A DNA stretch of 34,790 nt, filler included, from an uncultured Chlamydiae bacterium (GTDB taxonomy: Bacteria; Chlamydiota; Chlamydiia; Chlamydiales; SM23-39), in assembly GCA_937899275.1 (NCBI GenBank). It is 3 parts of 3 records of this genome, joined end to end, with 100 filler letters (N's around TTAATTAATTAA, not from the genome) between each part and the next. Parts side by side here need not be neighbours in the genome. Positions count along the whole stretch, not along the records: positions 1 to 16,972 come from CALBPE010000118.1; 2 more parts are not named here. The stretch is one strand, 5' to 3'. Below are positions 6,993-16,216 of the stretch, one piece after another; position 1 is the first letter of the stretch, and each line of letters opens with the position of its first letter. Position numbers and translations under genes: made by a program. The notes under the pieces are model-generated. The model ran no database searches. It was not told the DNA's origin and saw only the letters and a list, made by a program, of their open reading frames with translations.

Positions 6993-7409
6993 CTAGGTGT
7001 GTAAAAAGCTTTCCACCGTAGATAGTACCCGGATGCTTTCTGGGTAGGTCAACACATGTTTTGCATCAGCAAAAGATTGCCAAGAGGCTTGGACAATTTC
7101 TTGGGGACAAATCTCTAACTCCCCTTCTACCTCTGCTAGATAGTAGTCCACTTGTTTATGAGTTTCTACTCCCTTCCGAAAAAACCGATACTCTTCGGTA
7201 AAAGGGGCGTTTAAGAGTAGTTTAACAACGTTTAAACCCGTTTCTTCTTTGAGCTCTCTTATTGCTGTATCTAAAGGAGCTTCGCCTACTTCAGGCCTTC
7301 CTTTAGGAAAAGCCCAGTGCAAAGAAGAGGTATGTTGGATCAGCAGAATATTCCAGAAAGTGGAAGATTTTTGCAGAGCGATGATGCCGTAAGAGCGCTC
7401 CTTACGCAT
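6993..7409 (-). CDS. Nudix hydrolase (Ap4A hydrolase-like)
   Basis: Nudix box GRPEVGEAPLDTAIRELKEETGL, plus WAFPKG and SYGII. Start reassigned to ATG 7409, overlapping the fabF stop; chlamydial position after fabF. Confidence 0.9.
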   Translation of the reverse strand: MRKERSYGIIALQKSSTFWNILLIQHTSSLHWAFPKGRPEVGEAPLDTAIRELKEETGLNVVKLLLNAPFTEEYRFFRKGVETHKQVDYYLAEVEGELEICPQEIVQASWQSFADAKHVLTYPESIRVLSTVESFLHT

Positions 7410-8643
7410 AAGGCCCAAAGACCAAAGTGGAGTTATGCCCTCCAAATCCAAAGGAGTTCGAAAGAGCTGCGACCATATTTTTCTTTTCAAGGGCTTGCTT
7501 ACAAAGCTCCAGATGGGCGCATTCTGGTTCAGGATTATCCAAATTGCGTGTGGGGTGGATTTTACCTGTTTGAACAGCTAAGATAGTCGCTACCGCCTCT
7601 AAAGCGCCTGCAGCGCCTAGAGTGTGTCCTATCAATGATTTTGTGCTATTGATAGCAATAGATGACGTATGGTCTTTACATAACGCTTGCAGCGCGCGGA
7701 CTTCACAAAGATCACCCGCTTTTGTAGATGTTGCATGTGCATTAACGTAATGGACGTCTGTGGGAACGACATGGGCATTTTTTAGCGCCCCTTCTATACA
7801 CTGCTGCACCACTTTTCCATCAGGTCTAGGAGTGGTGATATGATACGCATCGCAGTTTGCATAGCCTCCTAGAAATTCTGCGTAAATCTTAGCGCCCCGT
7901 TTTTTTGCCGCTTCTAGTTCTTCTAAAATCAAGATACCTGACCCTTCTCCCATCACAAATCCATCCCGGTTTTTATCCCAAGGTCTAGAAGCTGACATTG
8001 GGTCATCATTCCTTGTGGAAAGCGCTTTCATCGACATGAAACCAGCCATACCGATCGGGTTGATAGCAGCTTCTGTTCCACCTGTAACCATCACATCTGC
8101 TAGACCGTACTGGATTTTTTCCGCTGCTGCTAAAATAGAATAATTCGCTGTAGCGCAGGCAGTAGAAATCGAGTAATTAGGCCCTGTGAAACCACAGTCG
8201 ATAGCAAGCATACCTCCAGCCATATTGGTGATGATGGAAGGAACGAAAAATGGGGTAAGGCGCCTATATCCGTGATGCTCTTCCGTCACTGCGCCTTGTT
8301 CAAAAGCGCTCATACCGCCCATACCCGATCCGATGATGACGCCTGTTTTTTCAGGAGAAAAATTATCTTGTAAACCAGAATCTTCTAGCGCTTTTTTTCC
8401 TGCAACAATCGCATACTGGATGAAAGGATCCACTCTTCTTGCCAGTTTTTTTTCTATGTAGCCTTCTGTAGAAAACTCTGTTATCTCTGCAGCGAACTGA
8501 GTCGAATAAGAAGAGCCATCGAAAGAGGTGATCGGTTTTACACCAGAGACGCCTTTAAGTAGCTGATCATAAAAAAAAGTCACATCTGTACCAAAACAGC
8601 TGACAACACCTAGCCCTGTGATTACAACGCGCCTTTTTTTCAT
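7402..8643 (-). CDS. fabF: 3-oxoacyl-ACP synthase II
   Basis: RRVVITGLG, STACAT catalytic Cys, NAHATST, KSLIGHTLGAAG, SNSFGFGGHN. Confidence 0.97.
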   Translation of the reverse strand: MKKRRVVITGLGVVSCFGTDVTFFYDQLLKGVSGVKPITSFDGSSYSTQFAAEITEFSTEGYIEKKLARRVDPFIQYAIVAGKKALEDSGLQDNFSPEKTGVIIGSGMGGMSAFEQGAVTEEHHGYRRLTPFFVPSIITNMAGGMLAIDCGFTGPNYSISTACATANYSILAAAEKIQYGLADVMVTGGTEAAINPIGMAGFMSMKALSTRNDDPMSASRPWDKNRDGFVMGEGSGILILEELEAAKKRGAKIYAEFLGGYANCDAYHITTPRPDGKVVQQCIEGALKNAHVVPTDVHYVNAHATSTKAGDLCEVRALQALCKDHTSSIAINSTKSLIGHTLGAAGALEAVATILAVQTGKIHPTRNLDNPEPECAHLELCKQALEKKNMVAALSNSFGFGGHNSTLVFGPYA

Positions 8644-8697
8644 CTTGCACCACCTACATTCATCTATTTTTCCTCGTTAGTATCTCATGAGTAAGAA

Positions 8698-9555
8698 TTA
8701 TTCTGAAGTAATCTTACAAGGAGTTTCTTCAAATCCTTGGACTGCATAGCGATTTGCATCGAGTAAAGAAGGAGGAGATTTCCCTACAAGCTGACAGGCG
8801 TAGCCTGCAAGGATTTGGGCGATCTCTAGATCCCGGCCCCCACCTTCAAAAAAACGGTAAGCTCTTTGTACTTCGTCTGTGATAAAAAAAGAAGCAGCTT
8901 TTTCCTCGAAAAGCGCCAACTTTTTTTCTACTACCTGGTTTTGATCAATTTCTAGACACACATTTTCATACAGTAATATACCCCGAGTAGACCCTCTTTT
9001 TTTAACTACATCTACCGCTTCGATAAAATCCCCCTTTTTTGCATAGCGCACTACATAGGGCTGATCAAAAGTCGCTAGCACAAATGCGCGATCTAACCAG
9101 GTGGGAAGACCTAAACTTTTTCTAGTAGATCGGGTATGCCATTCTAAAGGATGGTCGTAGAGAAAAAAAGGGGCGTCTTCAGCATGCTTTAACCCATGCA
9201 AAGAAAAGCCTAAAGATTGCATGAGATCTGCAGACCCAAAAGGAAAAGAGCGTTGCAGCAAACTGCGCACAAAAAAACCTGGCATCCCTTGCAGCATCCA
9301 GGTGGCGGCTAACCCTAAAAAGGGCTCCGCTAGATCGATGATGTTGACCTTATTTTTCAGCTTTTGTTTTTCTAGTAGGTAATCGATTGTGTAGAGCATC
9401 TCTTTTGTAGATATACCATCGATATCTACGTAAGATAAAAAAGCGGCCATTTGCGCTTCGTTATAATGACCTTCTGCCATGTGGTTTAACAACAGACGCC
9501 ATGAAGATACAACATGTCTTATCTGCTGAATTTCATCCAGAAATCTGTTCATCAT
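8698..9555 (-). CDS. Degenerate anthranilate phosphoribosyltransferase (TrpD)-like protein
   Basis: EAQMAAFL, GISTKEM, GSADLMQSLGFSL, PFFLYDHP and RKSLGLPT are collinear with TrpD motifs; GTGGD, NIST and KHGN are absent. Confidence 0.72.
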   Translation of the reverse strand: MMNRFLDEIQQIRHVVSSWRLLLNHMAEGHYNEAQMAAFLSYVDIDGISTKEMLYTIDYLLEKQKLKNKVNIIDLAEPFLGLAATWMLQGMPGFFVRSLLQRSFPFGSADLMQSLGFSLHGLKHAEDAPFFLYDHPLEWHTRSTRKSLGLPTWLDRAFVLATFDQPYVVRYAKKGDFIEAVDVVKKRGSTRGILLYENVCLEIDQNQVVEKKLALFEEKAASFFITDEVQRAYRFFEGGGRDLEIAQILAGYACQLVGKSPPSLLDANRYAVQGFEETPCKITSE

Positions 9556-9898
9556 AGGAGGTGTTGAGCTGCAAATCGATGATTTTTCCTTTGGGAAATA
9601 ACCTTTCTAATTGGTATTTCGAGCGGAGTTCTTGGGTAAATAAATGGATCATGAAATTCCCATAATCCATTACGACCCAGTCGCCTTCTTCTTTGCCATC
9701 GATATGAATCGCCACTTCTCCTTTTTCCTTCAATTCTGCCGAAAGCTCTTCCGCAATCGAGAGGACATGCCGGTCGACATTGCCTTCTGCAATGATGAGG
9801 TAATCGGTCATTGAAGAAAGGCCTCTTACATCAACAGCAAAAATATTGAAGCCTTTTTTTTCGTAAATTCTTTGAGCAATAAACTGTATTGTATCCAT
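9533..9898 (-). CDS. rsfS: Ribosome silencing factor (Iojap family)
   Basis: KKGFNIFAVDV, TDYLIIAEG, WVVMDYG, IHLF..R..YQLE. Confidence 0.95.
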   Translation of the reverse strand: MDTIQFIAQRIYEKKGFNIFAVDVRGLSSMTDYLIIAEGNVDRHVLSIAEELSAELKEKGEVAIHIDGKEEGDWVVMDYGNFMIHLFTQELRSKYQLERLFPKGKIIDLQLNTSYDEQISG

Positions 9899-10041
9899 AT
9901 TTTTATAAATATAATCTTTTTTTTCTTATATAATCCATTACTTTTAGTGAGAGCAAAGGCGCTATATTCCCGCCTTTTGGGCTCTATTTTGCGATATCTC
10001 CAAGCCCAAGATCTCTGTATTAAGGTGGACTTTCTTTATTT

Positions 10042-10698
10042 TCAAAGTAAGATCCAGCCCCGCTTTTTCTGCATATTTTTCAGCCTTCTATTAGGCCGGA
10101 TGACATAGGCAGTAGATGCTAAACGAAGGAGAGGCTCATCTTCACTGCTATCAGAAAATGCATAGATAGCTTCTTTAGAAATGCCCCATGTATCTCGATA
10201 AGAAAGAGCTGTTTTTGCCTTTAAAGCGCCGGTCATGGTGGTAGCGATCTTAGAAAACCTATTTTCTTTATCTACGAGATACGATGAAGAAGACCAAGTA
10301 GAGATGCCAAACCTCTTAGCAAACCGTCCGACTAAAAAATCGGGAGATGTGGAAAGAAGAAGAATTTTTTGCTCTTCTTTTTGCGCTTTATTTAGAAAAG
10401 CGCCTATTTTAGGGCAAACAACTTCTTCAAATACCTTTTCTACAAAATCTTCTGCATGCTGATCGATCGAGGTGAAAGGCGTTCCTTGTAAAAACACCTG
10501 AAATACTTTTTCATGGAACTGTTCCATAGAAAAAAGGCGGCATTTTCGCATGATATGATAAAATGCCGCCTTTCTTTTTAGAGAAAGAGGAAACACCCCT
10601 TTCTCTAGCAAATAGTTATAAAATAGGAAACTCGCATTTTTTGTAAGTAACGTTTTATCTAAGTCAAATACATACAGTATGCGAGAATCACTAACCAT
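10042..10698 (-). CDS. HAD-IB family hydrolase
   Basis: FDLDKTL motif I, LLSTS motif II, KA, and AFSDSSEDEPLL motif IV. Confidence 0.88.
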   Translation of the reverse strand: MVSDSRILYVFDLDKTLLTKNASFLFYNYLLEKGVFPLSLKRKAAFYHIMRKCRLFSMEQFHEKVFQVFLQGTPFTSIDQHAEDFVEKVFEEVVCPKIGAFLNKAQKEEQKILLLSTSPDFLVGRFAKRFGISTWSSSSYLVDKENRFSKIATTMTGALKAKTALSYRDTWGISKEAIYAFSDSSEDEPLLRLASTAYVIRPNRRLKNMQKKRGWILL

Positions 10699-10704
10699 AG
10701 CTAC

Positions 10705-12333
10705 CTACAAATCACCGGTAAGATCGGTTATTTTCTCTTCTAAAGCTGCGATGGATGCATCGATATGATCTAACCGCTTTTTTTCTTCGAGAAAACGTTC
10801 CTGATATCCGATAGCCATCGCAAAATCAAATCCTGTCCCGCGGCTTTTCTTTTGCTGCCTTTCAAGATTGCGTTTGATTTTTGCGCGGATTTTTTTTGTG
10901 AATTGTAGAAGTTTTTCAAATTCCTCTAAGGGATATTCTTCCGCGCTAAGCGCGTTTTCTAACCGAAGATTGCACTCTTTATCCACCCAAGACTTCAAGG
11001 GGGAAAGCGCTTCTCTGATTCGGTTTTTTTCTGCATAAGAGTTGGGGGTTTTATCGATTTGTCGATCTAACTGATCGACATAATCGTAAAGATCCTCTAA
11101 ATCCATAGAGACTTTATTTTCGATCAGATGGGCAATTCTATTGTCAATCGACCGGGTCTCTTCATAGGCATCGGGAACTTTTTGCGAAGGCTTTTTTAGC
11201 GCAGATAAACGCTCAAAAAGCTCTTCTTTATCCTCTCTTGTAACAGAAGCAGACTTCACGTCTTTTTCAATCTGACTGAGCTTCTCGGCAAACGCCTTAG
11301 AAGAAAGATCTTTTTTTCCAGCAAGCATCTCTTCGATTTTTGCTGCAATTTGCGCTTTTTCTTCTTTAGAGCGCTCTTTTTTCACCTGAATCTCTTCTTT
11401 TCGCGCTTTTTCTTTTTGCTTAATCTCATCCCAACAAGCGCTGAGTTTTTTACGCGTAGAGGAAAAAGTTTTGGCATTTAAGCTAAAGAGTTTGGCTGTA
11501 GATTGTAGAATTTTTATACTCTGCTTGAGTTCATACAAAGGCTTTTTCTTTGGCTGGAACTCTTCTTGTATAAAACGCTCTACATCTTCAGCAAAAAGAG
11601 AAGAGATTTGCTCGATTTTTTCTTTCCTTTGAGGAAACACCTGATCTGATAAACGGGAAAGCCGTTTGAAAAAGGCATTTTTTTCCTTCATGCGCATAGC
11701 AGATGAAATCAGCTCTTTTCTTAAAGAAGAAATTCTTAAAGATAGCGCATTGAGTAAAGAAAGCTCTTTTTGGGTTTGGCAGTAGATTTTTTCATGGTTT
11801 TTGAACAAAAAAAGCGTAGGGATCTCTACGGGATCGGCGTCCTGTAGATGTTTTTCATACTCTCCCACTTCTCGTTCTACGCTATCGATCGCAAGACCAA
11901 TTTGCTCTACTGCAAAAGAGGACTGCTCTTCAAATAGCACCTTTAAGTTGCGAGCTTCCTCAGAAAGCTCGGTAAACTTTTGCCATAAAGATCCACGGAT
12001 CTCTGGATCAAGCTCCTCTTTAAAAAGAGGAAAAGTCAGTTTTCTGATATCCCAAAACTTCTTAAATGAAGGTTGATCGGGATTGGATAAAGCCGACTGC
12101 ATGCCATCTAAAGCAGCAGCGATTTTTTTTTCCATTGCAGTCTCTGTAGACCACACTTGTTTCAGCTCGGGGTAAGCATCGATAAGAGCTTCTGTAGAGC
12201 GGGTATTTTTGGTTTTTTCTGGTTTTTGGGGATTAGAATTTGATTCTGCGCCTGAAGTTTTTTTGGCGTTTTCCGGAATATTCTCGGTGGCGTTTTCTTG
12301 CGTATTTTCTTGGGTATTGTCTTTAGGTTGCAC
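10705..12333 (-). CDS. Conserved chlamydial coiled-coil protein (CT768-like)
   Basis: 542-aa charged helical protein with FKKFWDIRK, LWQKFTELSEE, LSACWD and GFDF; located between miaA and rsfS. Confidence 0.75.
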   Translation of the reverse strand: MQPKDNTQENTQENATENIPENAKKTSGAESNSNPQKPEKTKNTRSTEALIDAYPELKQVWSTETAMEKKIAAALDGMQSALSNPDQPSFKKFWDIRKLTFPLFKEELDPEIRGSLWQKFTELSEEARNLKVLFEEQSSFAVEQIGLAIDSVEREVGEYEKHLQDADPVEIPTLFLFKNHEKIYCQTQKELSLLNALSLRISSLRKELISSAMRMKEKNAFFKRLSRLSDQVFPQRKEKIEQISSLFAEDVERFIQEEFQPKKKPLYELKQSIKILQSTAKLFSLNAKTFSSTRKKLSACWDEIKQKEKARKEEIQVKKERSKEEKAQIAAKIEEMLAGKKDLSSKAFAEKLSQIEKDVKSASVTREDKEELFERLSALKKPSQKVPDAYEETRSIDNRIAHLIENKVSMDLEDLYDYVDQLDRQIDKTPNSYAEKNRIREALSPLKSWVDKECNLRLENALSAEEYPLEEFEKLLQFTKKIRAKIKRNLERQQKKSRGTGFDFAMAIGYQERFLEEKKRLDHIDASIAALEEKITDLTGDL

Positions 12334-12432
12334 AGCAAATTCTCACGATTTTTCCATAAAAAATATAAAAAACGATAAAAGGTTAATCAAAACCTTTCTT
12401 TTTATCAAAACATTTCCCCCCTAAACCCTCTC

Positions 12433-13464
12433 CTACATCGACTGCTCATAGTCTTGTAGCACACATTCCATAAAGCGCTCTTTGCCCGTTTTTTCTAAGT
12501 TTACCCAGCGAAAATGGGGGTCTTTACGAAACCAGGTGCACTGCCTTTTAGCGTATCTACGAGAAGCGCGAATAAAAGAATATAAAAACCATTCCCAGTC
12601 TTCTTTTTCCTGTAAACTCGATAAAAACTCTAGAGCTTCTTTATATCCAATTGCTTTCGCAGCCAGGGAGTTTTGCTCTAATCCAAGGCTTTTCATCCGC
12701 TTCACTTCATCGATAAAACCTTGGTCGAGCATTTCTACGCAGCGCTTTTCAATTCTATGATATAAGGTTTCCAAAGGATAATGCATACACCATAAACGAA
12801 AATTATAGGTATCATTTTTTATCTGCAATGGCCTTTTAAACTCTGATACCTTCTTTTCTGAAATCGTCATGATCTCTAAAGCCCTGATGATTTTATGCCG
12901 GTCGTTTTCAGTGATGGTTTTTGCATACTCTGGATCGAGTAGCTGCACCTGCTCATACATAGCAGAACAGCCCAGAGCCTCCATTTTTTTCTCTAGCTGC
13001 TTGCGTACTTTAGGATCTGATTTAGGGCCTAAAGGAGGCCCATATAAAATCGATTGGATGTAAAAACCAGATCCGCCTACAAAAATAGGCACGTTCCCTC
13101 TACTAACGATCTCATCGAGAGCTTTTGTCGCCATAGAAAAATAGGTGGCCACATTGAAAGGTTCATGAACATCTACAATATCAAGTAGATGATGTGGCAC
13201 ATCTTCACGCACTTTTTTTGAGACTTTTGCCGTACCGATGTCCATACCTCGGTAGACCTGCATCGAGTCGGCAGATAGAATTTCTCCGCCTAAAATATGT
13301 GCTAGCTTAAGAGAAAGCTCTGTTTTACCTACTCCAGTAGGCCCAGCTAACACAATCACTTTTTTCTTCGGCCCTAAAAGAGGGATTTTTTGCGATAGGG
13401 GCAGGTACATTTTTGACAAAAGCTCTTGCAAACTTTTTTTCTGTAAAATGCTACTTTCACCCAT
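12433..13464 (-). CDS. miaA: tRNA dimethylallyltransferase
   Basis: GPTGVGKT, SADSMQVYRGMDIGTAK, PHHLLD, AIGYKE, YAKRQCTWFR. Confidence 0.97.
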   Translation of the reverse strand: MGESSILQKKSLQELLSKMYLPLSQKIPLLGPKKKVIVLAGPTGVGKTELSLKLAHILGGEILSADSMQVYRGMDIGTAKVSKKVREDVPHHLLDIVDVHEPFNVATYFSMATKALDEIVSRGNVPIFVGGSGFYIQSILYGPPLGPKSDPKVRKQLEKKMEALGCSAMYEQVQLLDPEYAKTITENDRHKIIRALEIMTISEKKVSEFKRPLQIKNDTYNFRLWCMHYPLETLYHRIEKRCVEMLDQGFIDEVKRMKSLGLEQNSLAAKAIGYKEALEFLSSLQEKEDWEWFLYSFIRASRRYAKRQCTWFRKDPHFRWVNLEKTGKERFMECVLQDYEQSM

Positions 13465-13476
13465 ATCAATGCATCG

Positions 13477-13812
13477 TTAGCTGCCGGCTTGCAAAGCCTC
13501 TGTCTCATTTTTACAGATGGCAATCACTCTTTCAAAGCCTGCCATCTTTATGATTTCTAACACGTCTTCGTCGACGGAAAAAATCACAAAACTACCCTGC
13601 GAGGATTTCGCTTTTTTTGATGTAGAAAGAAGAAGACGAAGCCCCGCTGAGCTCAGATAGTCGACAGCGGAAAAATCGACTAAGACATGGGCCGCCTCTT
13701 TTTTATACAACAAATGGAGCTTTTCCTCGATACCAGGAGCGGTAATCGTATCCACCCTTCCATGAAGGCGCACAATGTACTTACCCTCTACTTCTTCTAC
13801 CTGAAATTGCAT
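13477..13812 (-). CDS. rsbV: Anti-sigma factor antagonist (STAS domain)
   Basis: LHGRVD; DFSAVDYLSSAGLR with the phosphorylatable Ser. Confidence 0.9.
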   Translation of the reverse strand: MQFQVEEVEGKYIVRLHGRVDTITAPGIEEKLHLLYKKEAAHVLVDFSAVDYLSSAGLRLLLSTSKKAKSSQGSFVIFSVDEDVLEIIKMAGFERVIAICKNETEALQAGS

Positions 13813-13817
13813 AAAAC

Positions 13818-14051
13818 CTACTCTTGTATGATTTCTAACCGGATTTTTTGGCCTAAGCGCATCCCAATGGACATCGCAATCGTTCTTAATGAATGGATGA
13901 CGCGCCCTTTTTTTCCTACGATCTTACCCACATCTTCTGGATCTACGCGGATCTCTACTAAAGACTTTTGTTCTTCTTCTGTTACGCGAACCTCTACTTG
14001 GTCGGGATGATTCACCATATTTTTCACTAAGTATTCGATAAAATCTTTCAA
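13818..14051 (-). CDS. khpA: KH-domain RNA-binding protein (KhpA/UPF0109)
   Basis: DVGKIVGKKGRVIHSLRT. Start reassigned to TTG 14051, preceded by GAGGTG, giving 77 aa. Confidence 0.88.
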   Translation of the reverse strand: MKDFIEYLVKNMVNHPDQVEVRVTEEEQKSLVEIRVDPEDVGKIVGKKGRVIHSLRTIAMSIGMRLGQKIRLEIIQE

Positions 14052-14187
14052 ATTGCACCTCACTTTGTCTTGCCGTCCTTGGAATAGAGGATGCACTTTT
14101 TTCTTGCGCCCCCTTTTGCCTTGACGGAAAAAAGTCATTATTTCGCTAAATTTGCATTTTATCCTAAAAGCACTATTTTTACACCTG

Positions 14188-14243
14188 AAACCAGATAAAA
14201 ACGGGAAAATCTAGATTTAACCCCCGCTTTATCTATCTGGTTT
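14188..14243. repeat. Imperfect 56-nt palindrome in a divergent intergenic region
   Basis: Outer arms AAACCAGATA/TATCTGGTTT, inner CGGG/CCCG, central perfect palindrome AAATCTAGATTT (14207..14218). Confidence 0.55.
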
Positions 14244-14406
14244 ATACACACTATTCTTTTGCAGCACACCTCAAGTTAAGGATTTTTTATCTGATTTTAA
14301 AATAAATTTAATTATTTTTATAAAAATACAAATAAAATGTTTAATAAATTACTATTTTAATTAAAATTAAGTAAAGAACACATGCCATTCAATCTGTATA
14401 TTTACT

Positions 14407-15018
14407 ATGTTAAACCACAATGGGATAGGCCCCACACCTCCACATTCTTCCTCTTCTTTACCCAGAGAAGAGCCTGATGAAAAAGGACTGCGCTATTACG
14501 CAAGTAGTATTCATACAACCATCGGGTATGTGGTCAAAAAGCCAAAAGACTATGAACGCACCTTTCTCGACCTTGCGATTTTGATGCATATGGAAGAACG
14601 CGGCGTACTATCTGATGAAGAAATCAGCAAGATCACAGAAGAATTCCAGCGGCTAAAAGAGGGGCTTTACGATGGATCGGTAAAAATCGATGAGCTACCA
14701 GGTAGCATTGATCGGTTAGTCCAAGATACAAAAAAACACAATCTCAAAGCAGAAGTGATCTCATCTATTGTGGAACTAGAGCACCTCATTTGTATTTATC
14801 CACCTCATGGACAAGAACCTAGAGATCTTCATGAGTTTAATACGTATATGGAGCCGATTGCGAGTACACTGACGCAGTCTATTTCCCCAAAGCTTTTACA
14901 AAAATTGCAGAAAGAAATCGATGAAATCAAGTTCTTTTTATCAGAAAGAGGATCGATACCAGAAGCTTTTGATAAGCTTGCTGATTGCAAAGACTTGATT
15001 CTTCGAGAAGAGGAGTGA
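14407..15018 (+). CDS. Hypothetical helical protein, opposite strand to the flanking operon
   Basis: 203-aa ORF after a very AT-rich leader; Pro/Ser-rich N-terminus GPTPPHSSSSLP; its stop abuts the cutA stop. Confidence 0.75.
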   Translation: MLNHNGIGPTPPHSSSSLPREEPDEKGLRYYASSIHTTIGYVVKKPKDYERTFLDLAILMHMEERGVLSDEEISKITEEFQRLKEGLYDGSVKIDELPGSIDRLVQDTKKHNLKAEVISSIVELEHLICIYPPHGQEPRDLHEFNTYMEPIASTLTQSISPKLLQKLQKEIDEIKFFLSERGSIPEAFDKLADCKDLILREEE

Positions 15019-15330
15019 TTAGGCGTCTACCATTTGTTTTAGCCAAGAAAGGTAGGCAGGCAATGCGTTTGTCACCTTGATTTCTGCAATTTCTGGTGTA
15101 TCGTATGCGCTATTTTCTATAATGTAGCGCTCCACATCAGCATATTTTTCAGGGCGGGTTTTGATCGCTACTAACACCTCAGAGCTCTCGTTGATTTTTC
15201 CATCCCATCCATAGATGGAAACTACTTTAGGAATCATCGAGGAGCAGGCGGCATATCTTTTTTCTATTAATCCGCGGCTGATTGTTTTAGCCTCTTTTTC
15301 AGAAGATGCGCTCCATAAAATCACAATCAT
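15019..15330 (-). CDS. cutA: Divalent-cation tolerance protein CutA
   Basis: YAAC, SIYGWDGKI, E..V.IKT, AYDTPEI, YLSWL. Start reassigned to ATG 15330, just after the upstream stop. Confidence 0.9.
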   Translation of the reverse strand: MIVILWSASSEKEAKTISRGLIEKRYAACSSMIPKVVSIYGWDGKINESSEVLVAIKTRPEKYADVERYIIENSAYDTPEIAEIKVTNALPAYLSWLKQMVDA

Positions 15331-15331
15331 A

Positions 15332-16216
15332 TTACCTCTTACCATGTTCTTGAATAAACGCGAGTTCATCGATCCTAAAATCGATGATTTGCGGCGAAAA
15401 CACTACTAGATCTTGCCCTTCTTCCAGTTCGATCTGTTTGTAATAATCGCTGCGCATTTTTTCGCGTAAAACGAAAAAATTACCCAGCTGCTGGGATAAA
15501 TTCTTGCGGCTTAAACGCAGAATTTTATGAAATACCGCTTTTGCGCCCTGTTTATCCACTACATCATCGATGATAAGAACGATTTCTCTTCTGCCAAAAT
15601 GGGGGGCAAAAGCTCTTCGTACATCAATTTTTTTTAGCTGCAAAGAAGCTGGTTTTCCCTGCAAAATTTGGTAGATCTTTAGGGCTAAAGCAGCTTCTTT
15701 CGATGTAAGAATTCCCCCAAAATAGATAGCGTCAGGTGCGCTTCCTAAGGAGAGCTTTGGCAAATCGTCTTTTAAGAAAAATGGTTGCAAAGGCAGTAGG
15801 CGCCCTTGGATATCGATGCCGGTATTTTCCCTTTCTATCCATTGGAAAATAGGCACATGCACTTCATAATCGATGTACAGCGTATCTGGAGGCATGATAG
15901 CAACAGATGCCGATTGGATGAGCGGACTTTTTTGCAGTAAAGCGGTTTTTTCCTCTAGACTAATCTGGTATAAATGATCGGGCTGATCACAAGAAAGCTC
16001 TAAAAGCTCTGCTAAATACTCCGTAGGAAGCGCGCATTTTCTAGAACCTGTTTGGCAAATGTTTTGGATAAGATACCTGGGATCTTGCGCAATTTTTTGC
16101 CTATAAGAGCCCACTAACGTGTAGATGGCAAAAGGGATCCCTGAAAACACAGGAATACTCAATATAAGCCAAAAAATGACCCATTTATAAGATATGATGC
16201 TGGTGGTATTGGACAT
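15332..16216 (-). CDS. FtsQ-like cell division protein (chlamydial CT764-like)
   Basis: N-terminal TM, POTRA-like LQKSPLIQSASV..PPDTLYIDY, C-terminal IDFR; directly downstream of ddl. Confidence 0.72.
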   Translation of the reverse strand: MSNTTSIISYKWVIFWLILSIPVFSGIPFAIYTLVGSYRQKIAQDPRYLIQNICQTGSRKCALPTEYLAELLELSCDQPDHLYQISLEEKTALLQKSPLIQSASVAIMPPDTLYIDYEVHVPIFQWIERENTGIDIQGRLLPLQPFFLKDDLPKLSLGSAPDAIYFGGILTSKEAALALKIYQILQGKPASLQLKKIDVRRAFAPHFGRREIVLIIDDVVDKQGAKAVFHKILRLSRKNLSQQLGNFFVLREKMRSDYYKQIELEEGQDLVVFSPQIIDFRIDELAFIQEHGKR

